Part shown: in pieces, positions 12,901 through 25,940 of the stretch
Layout of the letters: each line of letters begins with the position of its first letter
Numbering within the stretch: position 1 is the first letter of the stretch
Assembly (NCBI GenBank): GCA_964016885.1
Contig: OZ024741.1
Coordinates: 283,526,001 to 283,590,000 of the forward strand
DNA: 64,000 nt
Source: Eledone cirrhosa
Lineage: Eukaryota
Reading direction: 5' to 3'
Position numbers and translations under genes: made by a program
The notes under the pieces: generated by a model
The model's input: only the letters and a program-made list of their open reading frames with translations
Told to the model about the DNA's origin: nothing
Database searches by the model: none

Positions 12901-14631
12901 GATAGAGTTAAGCTTCAACTGTTATGAAACAAAAATTCAAGAGAAATAACTCATGCTGAAAAATTTACTGATAAAGAGGATCAACTAAAGCGAGTACTTA
13001 ACAGCTTGTGATGATATAAAAAGATAGCTTCATTTATGGTTTTGGAGACAGGACACTTTGTAGAATAATTATTTCAATGATTCTTTTCTACCTTTACCGT
13101 TCAACTTTGTTTCATATCCGTTTTTTTCCCCCCCCTTTAACCTTCTTATTAGATTATATGCTGCCTTTTGTTTTCACTTGCACTGTATGCTTCTCTGCGT
13201 TATATCTATAGGGTTCTGTGAAACACCATAACTATAATATAATTTCCTTCGTTGGACTTTTTTTTTTCTTGGTGGTAGTAACACTTAGTTGTGTGTGTTG
13301 CTGCAGACTCTTGCAGAGCTCCAAGAAAACACATCCAGTCGATTTGGATGGTCGTGATGACGTTTTTGTGCTATGAAAAACATCAAATCTTTAATTTTAC
13401 GAAATCATAGAAGCATAACTACAGTTATTGCCCCATCTCTGACTTTGTTTTCTCATTACTCTTAATGCATATCATCATCCTTTAATGTACACTTTCCCAA
13501 CCTGCAAGGGTTGGACAGGTCTTCACAGACTAAGTCAGTACTGAAGCAGGTCTACAGACCTCCCAGACTGGCCGGGAGCCCACATCTTGCTTCTGAGTGC
13601 ATTTTATTGTGGCACAAACACGCGGGAGGTTGTCATGTTTTAACACAATTGAAGGAGCCTCCCAATCCTTTGTTTGATAAGCTTTCTACAGCTGCATACT
13701 TTTCCTCTCACTAACCACTTTACAGCGTATACTGGGTGCATTTATCATGTAGATCATCAACACTAGAATGGTTGTTGTCAGTTGAAAAAACGAAGGGTAC
13801 TCTCAGCACTTTTGGCATAGTTTCTACAGTGGAGTGCCCTTCTTATATCCAATTACCTTACAGAGTTTACTGGAGTATTTTCATGGCACTAACACTAGGG
13901 AGGTTATCAGTTATTGTCCCAATTAAAAAGCATTCTCTGTTCAGCAGGGGTGGAGGGAGGATGACATTTTGCAGCCAGACTTTTGAAAGTATAGATTATA
14001 ATTATGTATATGAAATTAAATAAAAGTTCATAACTCATAATTATATCTCATAGGAGAGTCCTCGGGTGTATTAATGATAGGGACCCCAGTGTTGTTACAG
14101 CTCATGCCTATGCAGATTTAGCTGGCTTCCTACAAGGTTGCATTTTAGATGTTTTAATGATAGGGGGCCAATCATACGAAAAGTAACATGAAATGAAACG
14201 CCTTGCTCATGAACACAATATCCACCTAGGGATACACTCTTTTCTCCATATATATCATATTTGCTATTTGTTTAACTGTTACTTTTAAAGTTTAAGTATG
14301 TTTGGTGTGTATTTAAAGTATACCATATTTGAGTATGAGAAAGTAATATTATAATGGTACACAAACTAGTTAATATATGTACTTATATAACTTCATGAAG
14401 GAATCAGTGCAATGCTGTGGATGGGAGAAACAAACTCAAGAGCTTCCCAGAGCGGCACACAAGTTATCCTCAGAGCAGTGACATGGCCTGAATGCTTGTG
14501 AGAGAGTACACTCCATGAAAGGTCACCCAACAGAGCTATGTGGTGATGGTTTGTGGTGTCAGACAGAGTAAGTCTAACAAACCAACATGAAACTGCCTTT
14601 CGTCCTCTAAATTTCACCCCCAAGCAAGAAT

Positions 14632-14685
14632 ATAATCAATCAATCAAGTTTCCCCGCAAAGAGGGAAACTTGATTGATTGATTAT
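14632..14685. repeat. Perfect 23-bp inverted repeat with 8-nt loop
   Basis: ataatcaatcaatcaagtttccc / cgcaaaga / gggaaacttgattgattgattat. Confidence 0.95.
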
Positions 14686-14689
14686 TTTC

Positions 14690-15483
14690 ATAAACAGGAT
14701 TGACATGTGCAGCCGGGTTGGAAGTGGTATCACAACTGGTAGGTGTAAAAATCAGTCGGCTGGAATTTGCAGACAACATGGCATTACTTAACTTGAGAGA
14801 AGGTGATCTCCGACTTGTACTTGATAGGATTAATGATGAGTGCTGCATGGCTGGAATGAAAATCAGTGCTGCAAAAACTGAGACACTCATTCTCTCAAGG
14901 AAGCCTGCAGAGTGCACTTTACATATGAATTGAGTTTAACTGAAGCAGATGGAGAAGTTCAAGTATCTCGGGGCTATGTTCACGAGTGATAGAAGGTAGG
15001 AGGCTGAATTAAGTGCAAGAATTGCAGGAGCTGGTGTAGCAATGTGACAACTTCAGCATTCAGAAGTAAGGTAGGTGGAAAAGCCAAACTTACTAGCTTC
15101 AATTCGGTATTTGTGCAAACCTTTACCTATGGTCATGAATCTTAGGTAATGACCGAAAGAATACGATTGCAAATACAAGTGGCTGAAATGCGGTTCCTCC
15201 GAATTGTCTTTTGGAGTAATGTTACTCCTCGATAGAGTGTGTTGCTCGGAGATCAGTGAATCACTCAAGGTAGAGCCACTATTTCTCTGAACTGAGAGAT
15301 CACAACTCCGATATTATGGGCAAAACCAACCGGCAAGAGATCCAGATGTAGACCCCGAGCAAGATTGTTGGATAACATCCATGAGTTCGGCTAGTCTCAC
15401 TTGATAGGACCCGCTGGAAGGAGTGTTTGAGGTTTCCCCCCATGACCCTCTCAGGAATAAGTGGGCAAAGAAAAATCAATCAA
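14690..15483 (+). mobile_element. RTE LINE 3' fragment, Rex3/Expander-like
   Basis: LEFADNMALL, MEKFKYLG, TYGHES*VMTERIRLQIQVAEMRFLR, VEPLFL*TERSQLRYYG; 3' end ccccatgaccctctcaggaataagtggg...(tcaa)n. Confidence 0.8.
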
Positions 15484-16517
15484 GTGTATCCATCATAGCA
15501 TTTCAATGGGTTTTAAAAATGCTTGGCAGTATTCATATCCTCTCGAGGCACCATAGGAATATATAATTCAAGTAAAATAAGTATTTGGAAGGACACGTGT
15601 CAAGATCGCTTTCGGTTCTATAAAAATGTTTGAAAAAGACGAAGAAAAGTTTGCATGCGTGACTGAGGGCGCGCTTTCGTTTTAGTAGACGTTAATTGTC
15701 GTATATAATGATTTCATTATGAACGGTACATCTACCTGTAAATTCCGAATGATTTATTAGTAAAATAAAAGGAAATATCACAACTTTTTCACGTACCAAC
15801 TAGAACTTTGTACAAGTAAATTTAGGATGACTTATTAGTAAAGGAAAATGTTTAAAAATTAAATTGTTTATAATGATTAAACATAATTATAGTAATTGAT
15901 TTAAATGAAGATAAAATGAAATTATTGATCGGAGAATACCGTCTAAACGGATGAGACCTGATTGAGAAATTATGAATTAGTGCAATTAAAAGAATGAAAA
16001 TAAAAACAAATAGTTAAATTAATTGAATGGGAAGTTGTGCGTCTGTTGATACTGGTAAACACGGTACAATAGAGAACCTTACGTTTTATAAAAGGGACAA
16101 AGCATAAAAACTTACAAACCAAAGCGGGATCTTTTTTATGCTCATTCAATTTCTTAGAAATAGCAGCCAAATCTCAGCCAGCGGTCTAAAGAAGGACTCA
16201 GTGGATAAAGTTGTCCTAGACATATTAAACCTGAAAAATAAAACAACGAAATATTCATGGCCGAAGTGCTTTTGGTCACTGATTTTCAAAGGGATAAATA
16301 AGGATAGCTTACAAAGATCAGCAGCTCGTGGTCAAATCGCGCGCTTCCTTCTACCTTGCGACCACAATACGATCTATTAGTTATAACTGGACCGTTCTAA
16401 GGGGCAGATCACTCTATGGCGCAAAAGTCTGGTATTTATCAATTAAGAGTTGGATCGACCGCTTACGTCTTGGCGCGGTTTCACTGTCTCAAACATGCAG
16501 GTGCTCATACTGACATG

Positions 16518-16548
<31 letters not shown>

Positions 16549-16579
16549 TCTCTCTGTGTATGTGTTTATCTATCTATCT

Positions 16580-16912
16580 TTTTTTCAAATACCACTTTGG
16601 AAGAAGAATCAGGATGGAGAGAGAGGTGCTGTACCCCAGCAAGTTTTATGAAAGGTGGGTGAAAGGGCCTTCTCTCTATATCAGCCTGTAGGTTGAGGAA
16701 GAGAGGAAAGGGGTACAAACTTTTCGTACTCCTGGAGATGAGGGTTGCACATTTTTTGGGGGGTATGTGTTACCCATATGAAATGTCTCCCCCTATTGGG
16801 GAAAATCGATTAATTTTTAAATTGCATTTGTGATAGTATTTTACACGTTTTTATTGTATGTAAACTTCCCCCTTTGTATTTGTCCCCTTCTTTTGTGGCT
16901 AATAAAGAAACA
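16580..16912 (+). mobile_element. L1/Tx1-like LINE 3' end
   Basis: FKYHFGRRIRMEREVL..F.ERWV C-terminus and a UTR ending gtggctaataaagaaaca; inverted relatives at 52537 and 55030. Confidence 0.6.
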
Positions 16913-17087
16913 TATCTATCTCTCGCATATACAATCGTGGTTTTTATTTGATATTAATGTCGTTGACAAATTCCAAGTTAATTGATAATTAATTAATGAT
17001 TTTTTAAAATGCATAAAGTCTCAAATTTAGGGATAGATGAAGTGAATTACACTGACGCGGTACGTAGCTTGACCACGGTGCGCTCTT

Positions 17088-17905
17088 AATAATAATTGTT
17101 TCTACTTTTGGCACAAGGCCAGCAATCATCTAGTACATTAGTGGTACTTTATTTTATAGATCCCGTAAGGATGAAAGGCAAAGTTGACTTCGGCGGGATT
17201 TGAACTCAGAATAATAATTGTTTCTACATTTGGCACAAGGCCAGCAATTATCCAGTACATTACTGATACTTTATTTTATCGACTCCGTAAGGATGAAAGG
17301 CAAAGTTAACCTCGGCAGAATAATAATTGTTTCTACTTTTTGGCACAAGGCCAGCAATAACCCAGTGTATTACTATTACTTTATTTTATCGACCCTGTAA
17401 GGATGAAAGGCAAAGTTAACCTCGGCGGGATTTGAACTCAGAATGGAAAGGCCGTAACTCTTTGCGTCAAAGCATGGCGTCCGACCCTCTACCAATACTG
17501 CCAATCCTCGGCAGAATAATAATTGTTTCTACTTTAGGCACAAGGCCAGCAATTACCCAGTGCATTACTGGTACTTTATTTTATCGACCCCGTAAGGATG
17601 AAAGGCAAAGTCAACCTCGGCGGGATTTGAACTCAGATCGTAAAGGGACGTAACTATGCTGGAAAGCATGGCGTCCGACCCTCTACCGATACTGCCAATC
17701 CACTGATTTAGGCACAAGGCCAACAATTTTGGAGGTTGGAGAAGTCGATTAAATCGACCCCAGTGCGTTTTACTGGCACTTAATTTATCGACCCCGTAAG
17801 GAAGAATGGCAAAGTTAACCCTGGTGGGATTTGAAAGCAGAACGTAAAGGACCGTAACTCTATGCCGCAAAGTATGTTGCCCGACGCTCTACCGTTACTG
17901 CCAAT
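17088..17905 (-). mobile_element. Array of five family-A SINE copies (two 5'-truncated), joined head-to-tail
   Basis: Units start at ~17088, 17211, 17319, 17514 and 17705; cctcggcagaataat is duplicated at 17310 and 17506 (TSD-like). Confidence 0.9.
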
Positions 17906-19169
17906 GATAATTTTAAGTAAGTTCAAAGTGAGAATATCGATTTCAAAACGAGTATATATCACTTGATTTGATTAGCTAAAAATGCATAACACTCCTTCGT
18001 ATAGAAAAAAACGTGGCAGGGGAAAATTGATCAGTTAGAGAATACGATATTATAAACAAAATAAAACGCAAAGAACACACTTTTAATCAGTCATGGTGGC
18101 TCGTTTTTTTACGGAATTATTTCATGATACTTGGTTATTCCAGCGCCTTGCCCTTGCCGCCATCCACGGCAATGCTACGATTGCGTTGGCTTGCCAAAAA
18201 ATTATTAGAGGGAAACTCCATCGACCCTTGTGGCGTGTGATTATATAATGAATATGGTTTACATTATTACATTAATAAAATCTGACATAGAGTATGGTTT
18301 CTAAAACCATTGCACGAACGGATTTTTTAGGCATAGTGCAACATCTATGGAGTGTTTTTGTAATGCTTAAATAAACATCAAATGAACAATCAACAAAGAC
18401 TGAAGTATCCAACGTTGTTCGCAGTCACCTCATAGATTGTTATGATCGTGGGACGGTGACATTGCCGTACTTACACTTCAAAAAACGAAAAAAAAAAAAA
18501 TTGAAAAATATTACAATAACATAAATTTTTGCTTCATTGCTTGGCTGATAAAAAAAAACTTTTAATTCACCAGGCAAGTTTACATGATGTTCTGATGTTT
18601 CATTCTCTCTGTTGGTCTCTCAAAATACCATAGTCAAATCTTTTTGACCTAATCTCATTTTAAAATCTCTATTTTCACTATTAAGTAGTAAAGTCTAATT
18701 TTGAAATGGCACTAATATGTCTTCCCTTAAAATAAAAAAAACTAAAGGACTCATAACTCCCGATGGAGTTGCAGGGGCAGAAATCAACTGACTTCTTCCA
18801 GTGAAAGAAGGAAGAAAAATTAATCCCAGTACTTGATAACTTCATTTATCGACCTCAAAAGGCAAAGTTGACTATACTGGGATTTGAACTCAGAGAACAC
18901 TTAGAATTAGATATATTCTTAGTTTTCAATGTCATTCACATCAAAGATGCATGATAGCAATATTTATTGACCCTAGTTCGTATCATCTGCCATCGTGTTA
19001 AAAAGTAAAGTTTATCAAGGCAAGATTTGAGAAACAAGAATGATGAAAACAAAATGGACCTCCGTTGTTTTTGACAATCAATGTTCCAGTTGTTTGAACA
19101 ACAGAACAGCCTGCTTATGAAATTAACATGTTAGTTGTTGAGCATTCCACAGACACATGTACTCACCAT

Positions 19170-21200
19170 TCACCTTCAAGCAGTACCATTTAATATTATA
19201 GTGGTACTGCACCAACAACGGACTATGAGGATGAGCAGGTGGAGGAATTCTACACAAAACTCCAGAACATTATCGACAAGGTTGATAAGAAAGTTATCCT
19301 TATCATACAGGAGACTGGAATGCCAACGCGGGTGAGGATGCAGTGAAAGACTGGCAGGAATTCTATGGACCTTCCTGTAATGCTGTAAGCAATGAATGAG
19401 GAATACGTCTGCTTGAATACGTCAGTTACAATGACATGGTGCTTGTTATCACCCTTGGTCAGCTCAAGGCATCATGGCACTCAACTCGACACTGCTCCAA
19501 TAGAACAAACACACCACCAGATTGACTACATTATGGTGAAGAATTGGTTTCGGTTTGGAATCAGCTGGACCAAAACAAGAACTTTCCCAGGTACAGATAT
19601 AGGGAGTGATCATGACTTGGTGTTGTTGAACTTCAGAAGATCAAGAAGCGCAAGAACACCAGATTGAAGTTCAGCATGAACAGGCTGAAGGACCCCACCA
19701 TCACCGAGTCCTTCCAAGCAACTGTTGATGGAAAATCTGCAGCTCTGCTCACACTCAAAGAGGATGTTGAAAAGACAACTGCAAAGTTCAACGCTGTGAT
19801 GAGCAGGTAAAACTTAGCCTGGGATCACAAAAGTTCTTAAATTGTGTGATACAAAAAAAAAGAACTAAAAATATCTAAGAATGCACCAACTAGAGCACCA
19901 ACTTACTGAGAGATCAGTTAGAAGATCAGGAAAGGGATGAAGAAGGCCAAAGAATAATGGAAGGAAGGAAAGTGCCTCATGGAAGAAAAAGACATCACTC
20001 AGATGGACAGAATACTGTTCAGAGTTGTACAGCCATCAGATCAATGGAAACCCAAGCATGCTTATCAGTCAGGAAGCTTCAAATGAGGATGACTTCTCAG
20101 TCCTGCATGAAGAATTGGAGACAGCGATAAGATTGCTGAAAACTGGAAAAGCAGCTGGAACAGAACATTCCAGCAGAACTGATAAAGCATGGAGGAGGGG
20201 CAGTGATTGATGTTCTCACCAGAATCTGCAGCAAGATCTGGCAGACTGGAAAGTGGCCGACACTCCCCAAGAAAAACAATCTATAACAGTACCACAATTG
20301 TAGAACCTTCAGCCTTATCAACCCTCAAACAAAGGAATGCTAAAAGTCATCCTAAACAGGCTGAAGTCAGACGCTGAGAAAATCATTGCGGAAGAGCAGG
20401 CTGGTTTCCGTTGTGGAAGGAGCACCACAGAGAAGATTTTCATTTTGAGAGTTCTATGTGAGAAGTACAGCTAACACCAACAGGATCTTTACCATGTTTC
20501 GTTGACTTCAAGAAAGTCTTTGACAGGGTGTAGCACAATGCGCTGTGGGCAACCATGAAGAAATATGACATGGGCCAAAAGACCATATAACAGCTGTACG
20601 CGAAAGCCTTAAGTGCGGTACTTATCTAAGATACAATGGGGGACTGGTTCCACACATCAGTAGGTGTTCAATAGGGCTGTCCCTTCTTTCTGACACTGTT
20701 CAAAATCTTCCTTGAGTGAATCATGACTGACGCCCTAGAAGATAATCCTGGCACAATCAGTAAAGGAGGACGAATTGTCATAAATGTCAGGTTCACTGAT
20801 GATATTGATGTGCAAGCTGGAAGTGAAGAACTTGCTGAGCTGATGCAACAACTTCTGCTAGATACGGCGTAGAGATAATCAAGCTGATGACAAACACCAC
20901 AAAGCGAATAGAGAGAAGGATCACACTCAAAGGTCAAGATCTGGAGACTGATGCAGTTCAAGTACTTTGGTGCCATTATCAATCAAGAGGGATCCAAGCC
21001 AGAGGTCCTTTCAACAACCATAGCGGGCATTGATCCTAACCATCTTTCTATATGCAAAGGATGATCCAAACCGTGGAGAGGAGAAGCTATAGAAGAAACA
21101 TGAGAATTTCACACACAGAACACATCACGAACAAAGAGGTCTGCCAAAAAATGACCCCGCACATGAGTCACTTTGAAGATCTGACCACAGTGTACAAAAT
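19170..21200 (+). mobile_element. RTE-BovB-like LINE, degenerate (APE endonuclease + RT)
   Basis: GDWNA, HHQIDYIMV, SDHDLV; EEQAGFR, VDFKKVFDRV, VRFTDDID, FKYFGAII; many stops and frameshifts. Confidence 0.85.
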
Positions 21201-21263
21201 GTGTTTCTCAAAAAATATATGCTTTTCCTCTCTATATATTTTTTAAACTTGTGTATATATATG

Positions 21264-21310
<47 letters not shown>

Positions 21311-21369
21311 ATATATATATATATATGTGTGTGTGTGTATATATATATATATGTGTATATATATATATA

Positions 21370-21409
<40 letters not shown>

Positions 21410-21412
<3 letters not shown>

Positions 21413-21980
21413 CCAGCCGTAGAAAACCTGCCAGACGTGTAGGTGTCACGACAATAAAACACAGTCTACGCTGTAATGTGGCCGTGTAGGTAACACGGTA
21501 AAAACCTCCCAGTCCACACTGTTAACATGGTTGATGTTAGGAAGAGCATCCAGCTGTAGAAAACCCGCAAGACAACCAATCTTGCCTCAAGTGGACAATT
21601 CCCGTCCAGACCCATGCTAGTGTGGAAAATGGATGTTAAATGATTATGATGATGATGATGTGTGTATATATATATATGTGTGTGTATATATATGTGTATA
21701 TATATGTATATACTATATATATATATATATATGAGTATATGTATCATCATCACCGTCTTACGTCCGTTCTTCCATGCTAGCATGGGTTAGACGGGTTGTC
21801 CTGTTGTGGGCAGTGTCTGGTCGGCTGACTATGCCTTGCTCATACAGGAACTGATTCTGGGTTGGTTTCTACAGCTGGATGCCCTTCCTAACACCAGACT
21901 CATTTACAGTGAGTGCTGGGTGCTTTTTTCCATGGCGCCTACACGTCCACTTTACAGTGTGGGCTGGGTGCTTTTTTGAA
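21410..21980. mobile_element. Two RTE 3'-UTR fragments tail-to-tail (+ 21410-21660; - 21743-21980)
   Basis: Each ends in the RTE terminus with a (GAT)n or (CAT)n tail; separated by a TA microsatellite. Confidence 0.8.
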
Positions 21981-21999
21981 AGTGTTGACCTCATCTCTT

Positions 22000-23235
22000 G
22001 TTGAGTACGTATGACCTTTACATTGTTTAAATACATTTAATTTTGGTTTTCATATTTTCTAAATCTTATATCTGATATATTTGATACCTTTAATGTATTC
22101 AGGCTTGTAAACCGTTTAATTACTTTGAAAGGTTATTTACAATTCACGAGGATATGATTATACATTTATAGTATAAAAGTCTCCATAGATCCAAGTTGAT
22201 AAATTTTTTTGTATACTTAAATTGATGTAAAATTTTAAATACAGTAAAATCTAGTTGAATTAAATTTATAACACTCTGAACAGAAATTATACTACATATA
22301 AGTGACTAATATTGTCTTAAACCTTAAAATTTATAGTCTATATATAAATTATATAAATGTGTATATCTAGATAAATCTGGTTTAATAAGATTTTATTAGA
22401 TACATTTATAATGCTTTATGACTTATTAATAACATTTTAATTTTAGGTTTTTTTTTACTAATATATTGATTATATTCTTGATTTTAATATACTTTTAAAT
22501 ATACTTGTGACTACCTTTGGAGTTATGATGGAGATAAATTTATCTCTTTCACATTACATTTGCTTGAACTCAGATATAATACAATAATATAAATCCTTTA
22601 AAATTTTATAGTCTAAAATCTTATGTCATTTGACTAATTGACTATTTTCAATTAACTTAAGATTTGAAAATAAATGGTCACGCATTATTCTTTCCCCCTA
22701 TCTAATTATACGCTATTTACATGTTACAATGCATATCTTACTCCCTTTGATTATACGATTTAACTTATTTTCCTCTCTCTATCATTTGATCATTTCTCCC
22801 TTCTCTTGTTCCGATGATCAAATCTCCTTTTTTTTTCTCTCTTTCCTCATGATTTGCTATCTGTATCTCTCACTTCCACTATCAACAATAATGAGGTATG
22901 AATATATTATTATTATTTAAATTTTTAACAGTTATAGAAGTTTATGTATTATATATTATTAATTATTTATATATCTTTTCACACTTCTCACACGCACCCT
23001 CTGTATTATATGTAATTTTTCATGTTTCAACTTAAGGTAAATAAATATCCAGTTTTGTCATAACTAATCACTGCCATGACTAAATTATAACCATCAACAT
23101 AGTCAAGGTATGTCAGGCATCAACTTATTTTATCTGATGAAGACGTTCTGTTGAAATAGCTCCAGTATCTCTGAAATATGTATAATAAAATATATTTCAT
23201 CACATGAATGTCTATATTTATTAATTTTTTGAAGT
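22000..23235 (+). mobile_element. Highly decayed Penelope-like element with a hammerhead-like motif at its 3' end
   Basis: FIRYIYNA (decayed RYIDD) at ~22395; CTGATGA-aga...tct-GAAA-tatgta at 23134-23182. Confidence 0.4.
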
Positions 23236-23236
23236 A

Positions 23237-23314
<78 letters not shown>

Positions 23315-23315
23315 G

Positions 23316-23346
<31 letters not shown>

Positions 23347-23382
23347 GTATATATACATGTATATAATGTATATATATATATA

Positions 23383-25055
23383 TCATCATCATCATCATCA
23401 TCATCACCGTTTTACGTCCGTTCTTCCACGCTAGCATGGGTTAGATGGGTTGTCCTGTTGTGGGCAGTGTCTGGTCGGCTGACCATGCCTTGCTCATACA
23501 GGAACTGATTTTGGCTTGATTTCTACAGCTGGATGCCCTTCCTAACACCAACCTCATTTACAGTGAGTGCTGGGTGCTTTTTCGTGGCGCCTACACATCC
23601 ACTTTACAGTGTGGGCTGGGTGCTTCTTTTCCGTGGCGCCTCCACGACCACCTTGCGGTAGGGGGTGTGGGGCATATTGTTTATATGCTTCAGCTTGTAC
23701 TCATGGGAGGTCGGGTACTCTGTATTACTGTGTGACGCCAGAAGTCACGGTTGTGTGTCATTGCCTTTGAGAGGTGTAATTGGGTAAGGTTGGCTTTTAT
23801 CACCTCATCCCTGGTCATCTTGGGTCTCCCCACTCCGCGGTTTCCATCAACGTCTAGTGCTCTGCACCTTTTTATGCAGCTGTCATCCTTCATACGCATC
23901 ACATGTCCATACCAGCGCAACCGCCTCTCCTGCATACAGCATTTGATTCCTCTTATGCTCAGTCTCTCTCTCAATTTATTTATGCTTTGTCGTTCATGTA
24001 TGTTACTATTACACATCCATCGGAGCATGCAGGCTTCGTTTCTCTCTAATCTATGTAAGTCTTCCACCTTCAGCGCCCAGGTCTCACTACCATGCAACAT
24101 TGCTGTTCGGATACAAGCATCATACAGTCTGCCTTTCATTCTGAGGGAGAAGCCTTTTGCAGCTAGCAGTGGTAGTAGTTCCCTAAACTTCTTCCATCCC
24201 GTTCTTACCCTAGTTATTGTACTTTCTGAACACCCACCTCCACTGCTAATTTGGTCACCTAGGTAGCAGAAGCTGTCTACTGATTCTACAGAGACCTCCC
24301 AGAGATTGGTGGTACTTGTTTCCTGTGGCTGTTTGCTGCTTGCTGTCTCAGCACAGCTGCTGCATGTGAATCCTACATTCTTAATTAAGCTTCCTGAGAT
24401 CCCGCTACATCTCTTGTGTACCCATTGTTTGCATTTGGGGCAGAGAATGGAGTTCCTACCTACACCTTTCCTACATACTGAGCAAGGCCATTTCCCTGAG
24501 GGGATCTGGGTTCTGTTTTCTCGTCTACTTACAAGGACCTTAGTCTTTGTCATGTTGACTTTGAGACCCTTTCTTTCTAATCCCTGCTTCCAAGTTTGGA
24601 ATTTATTCTCTAGTTCTACCATAGATTCAGCTATGAGTGCGAGGTCATCAGCATACAGGAGTTCCCATGGGCATCCGGTCTTAAACTCCTCCGTTATTGC
24701 CTGCAGGACTATGATGAACAGGAGGGGACTAAGAACAGAGCCCTGGTGGACCCCAACCTGTACGCTAAATTCATCGCTATACTCATTGCTAATCCTAACT
24801 TTGCTGACTGCTCCCCTATACATGGCTTGTACCGCTTTCACAAGCCATTCATCTACTCCTAGTTTTCTAAGAGCCCACCAGATTACAGCACGTGGAACTC
24901 TGTCAAAGGCTTTCTCAAGGTCGACAAATGCCAAGTAGAGTGGCTTACTTTTAGCTAGGTACTTTTCCTGTAATTGCCTCACAAGGAAGAGGGCATCAGT
25001 GGTGCCTCTTCCTGGTACAAACCCAAATTGCATCTCGTCTATTTCCACCCGGTCC
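23383..25055 (-). mobile_element. Young 5'-truncated RTE LINE with an uninterrupted ORF2 segment (23690-25055): RT, PHD finger, C-terminus
   Basis: QFGFVPGRGTTDA, FVDLEKAFDRV, GVHQGSVLSPLLF, LYADD, YLG, LRWYGHV with no stops; (GAT)n tail; truncated at a (TA)n tract. Confidence 0.95.
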
Positions 25056-25091
25056 CTATATATATATATATATATACATATATATATGTAT

Positions 25092-25392
25092 ATATATACA
25101 TACACATCAACAACATCATCATTAATCGTTTTTATATCTGTTTTTTCACGTTTGCATGGGTTGGACAGGTCCTTTTGAGCATAGCATCTCTCCACTTATT
25201 GTATTACTTCTTTATCTCCTATTTGAGATCCAGCTCTCACCACCTCCACCCAGGTCTTTCTTGGTCTTCCTGAACTGCAGCTTCCTTCCACTGGGATTTC
25301 TTGCATTTCTTCACTCAGCAATCATCATTCATCCACATCAGCTGTCCATACTAACACAGCCTTCTCTCTTGCACATTACATCTACTGGGTTA
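25092..25392 (-). mobile_element. RTE 3' fragment, short-UTR subfamily like 48500-51080
   Basis: Minus strand GRPRKTWVEVVR and a terminus similar to 50900-51080. Confidence 0.7.
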
Positions 25393-25784
25393 TAATTTTT
25401 TCAAATGAATCGAATCTTTATTATAACAAGAGATTTGCTAAAGTTTACTTTTTATGTAAATTTAAAAAAAATAATTCTAAATATTTAAAATTAAATATTA
25501 AAGAAGTGGAATTGATAAATAGGTGGACATTTTACATTTTTAATTACAAAAAATAAACTTTGATGGTGGCTTCTTTTCTCTCCAAGTGTGAACAGGTCAA
25601 AAAGAAAGTTCAGAGTTGTGGTGACATGAGTGAATCCAGGCATTGAGTACCAAATAATCATGCAAAATAAACCAGATCATCAATATAACAAACGTGCAAA
25701 CTGACTAAATACCCATTTATTTGTCTAAATCCACCCCAAAGCTTTAAGTCTTTTGAATATGCAAGTCCTTATCTCATATATGAT

Positions 25785-25940
25785 GGTGGATTAGTAGTAT
25801 CAGTAGAATGTCAGACAATATAGTTACAACCTTTTACATTCTGAGTATCAATCCTGTTGAGGTTGTCTTTCATCCTTACGGGAGGGGTGGGGGTCAATAA
25901 AATAAAGTACTAGTCAAGTACTGGGGTCAATATAATTGAC
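25785..25940 (+). mobile_element. Degraded family-A SINE; another at ~42650-42805
   Basis: ggtggattagtagtatcagtaga...tttcatccttacggg...ataaaataaagtactagt. Confidence 0.65.

Noticed and set aside
17088-17905. tRNA genes or a CRISPR array
   Set aside because: The A/B boxes belong to SINE heads and no cloverleaf is evident; the units are SINE copies
23751-24938. Long antisense ORFs over RTE copies (also 379, 38035, 44507)
   Set aside because: Shadow frames of the RT ORF with no independent motifs
25056-25195. N-terminal 46 aa of the 501-aa ORF as a real RT gene start
   Set aside because: Chance read-through across a (TA)n tract and the tail of a separate RTE fragment; the element is 5'-truncated
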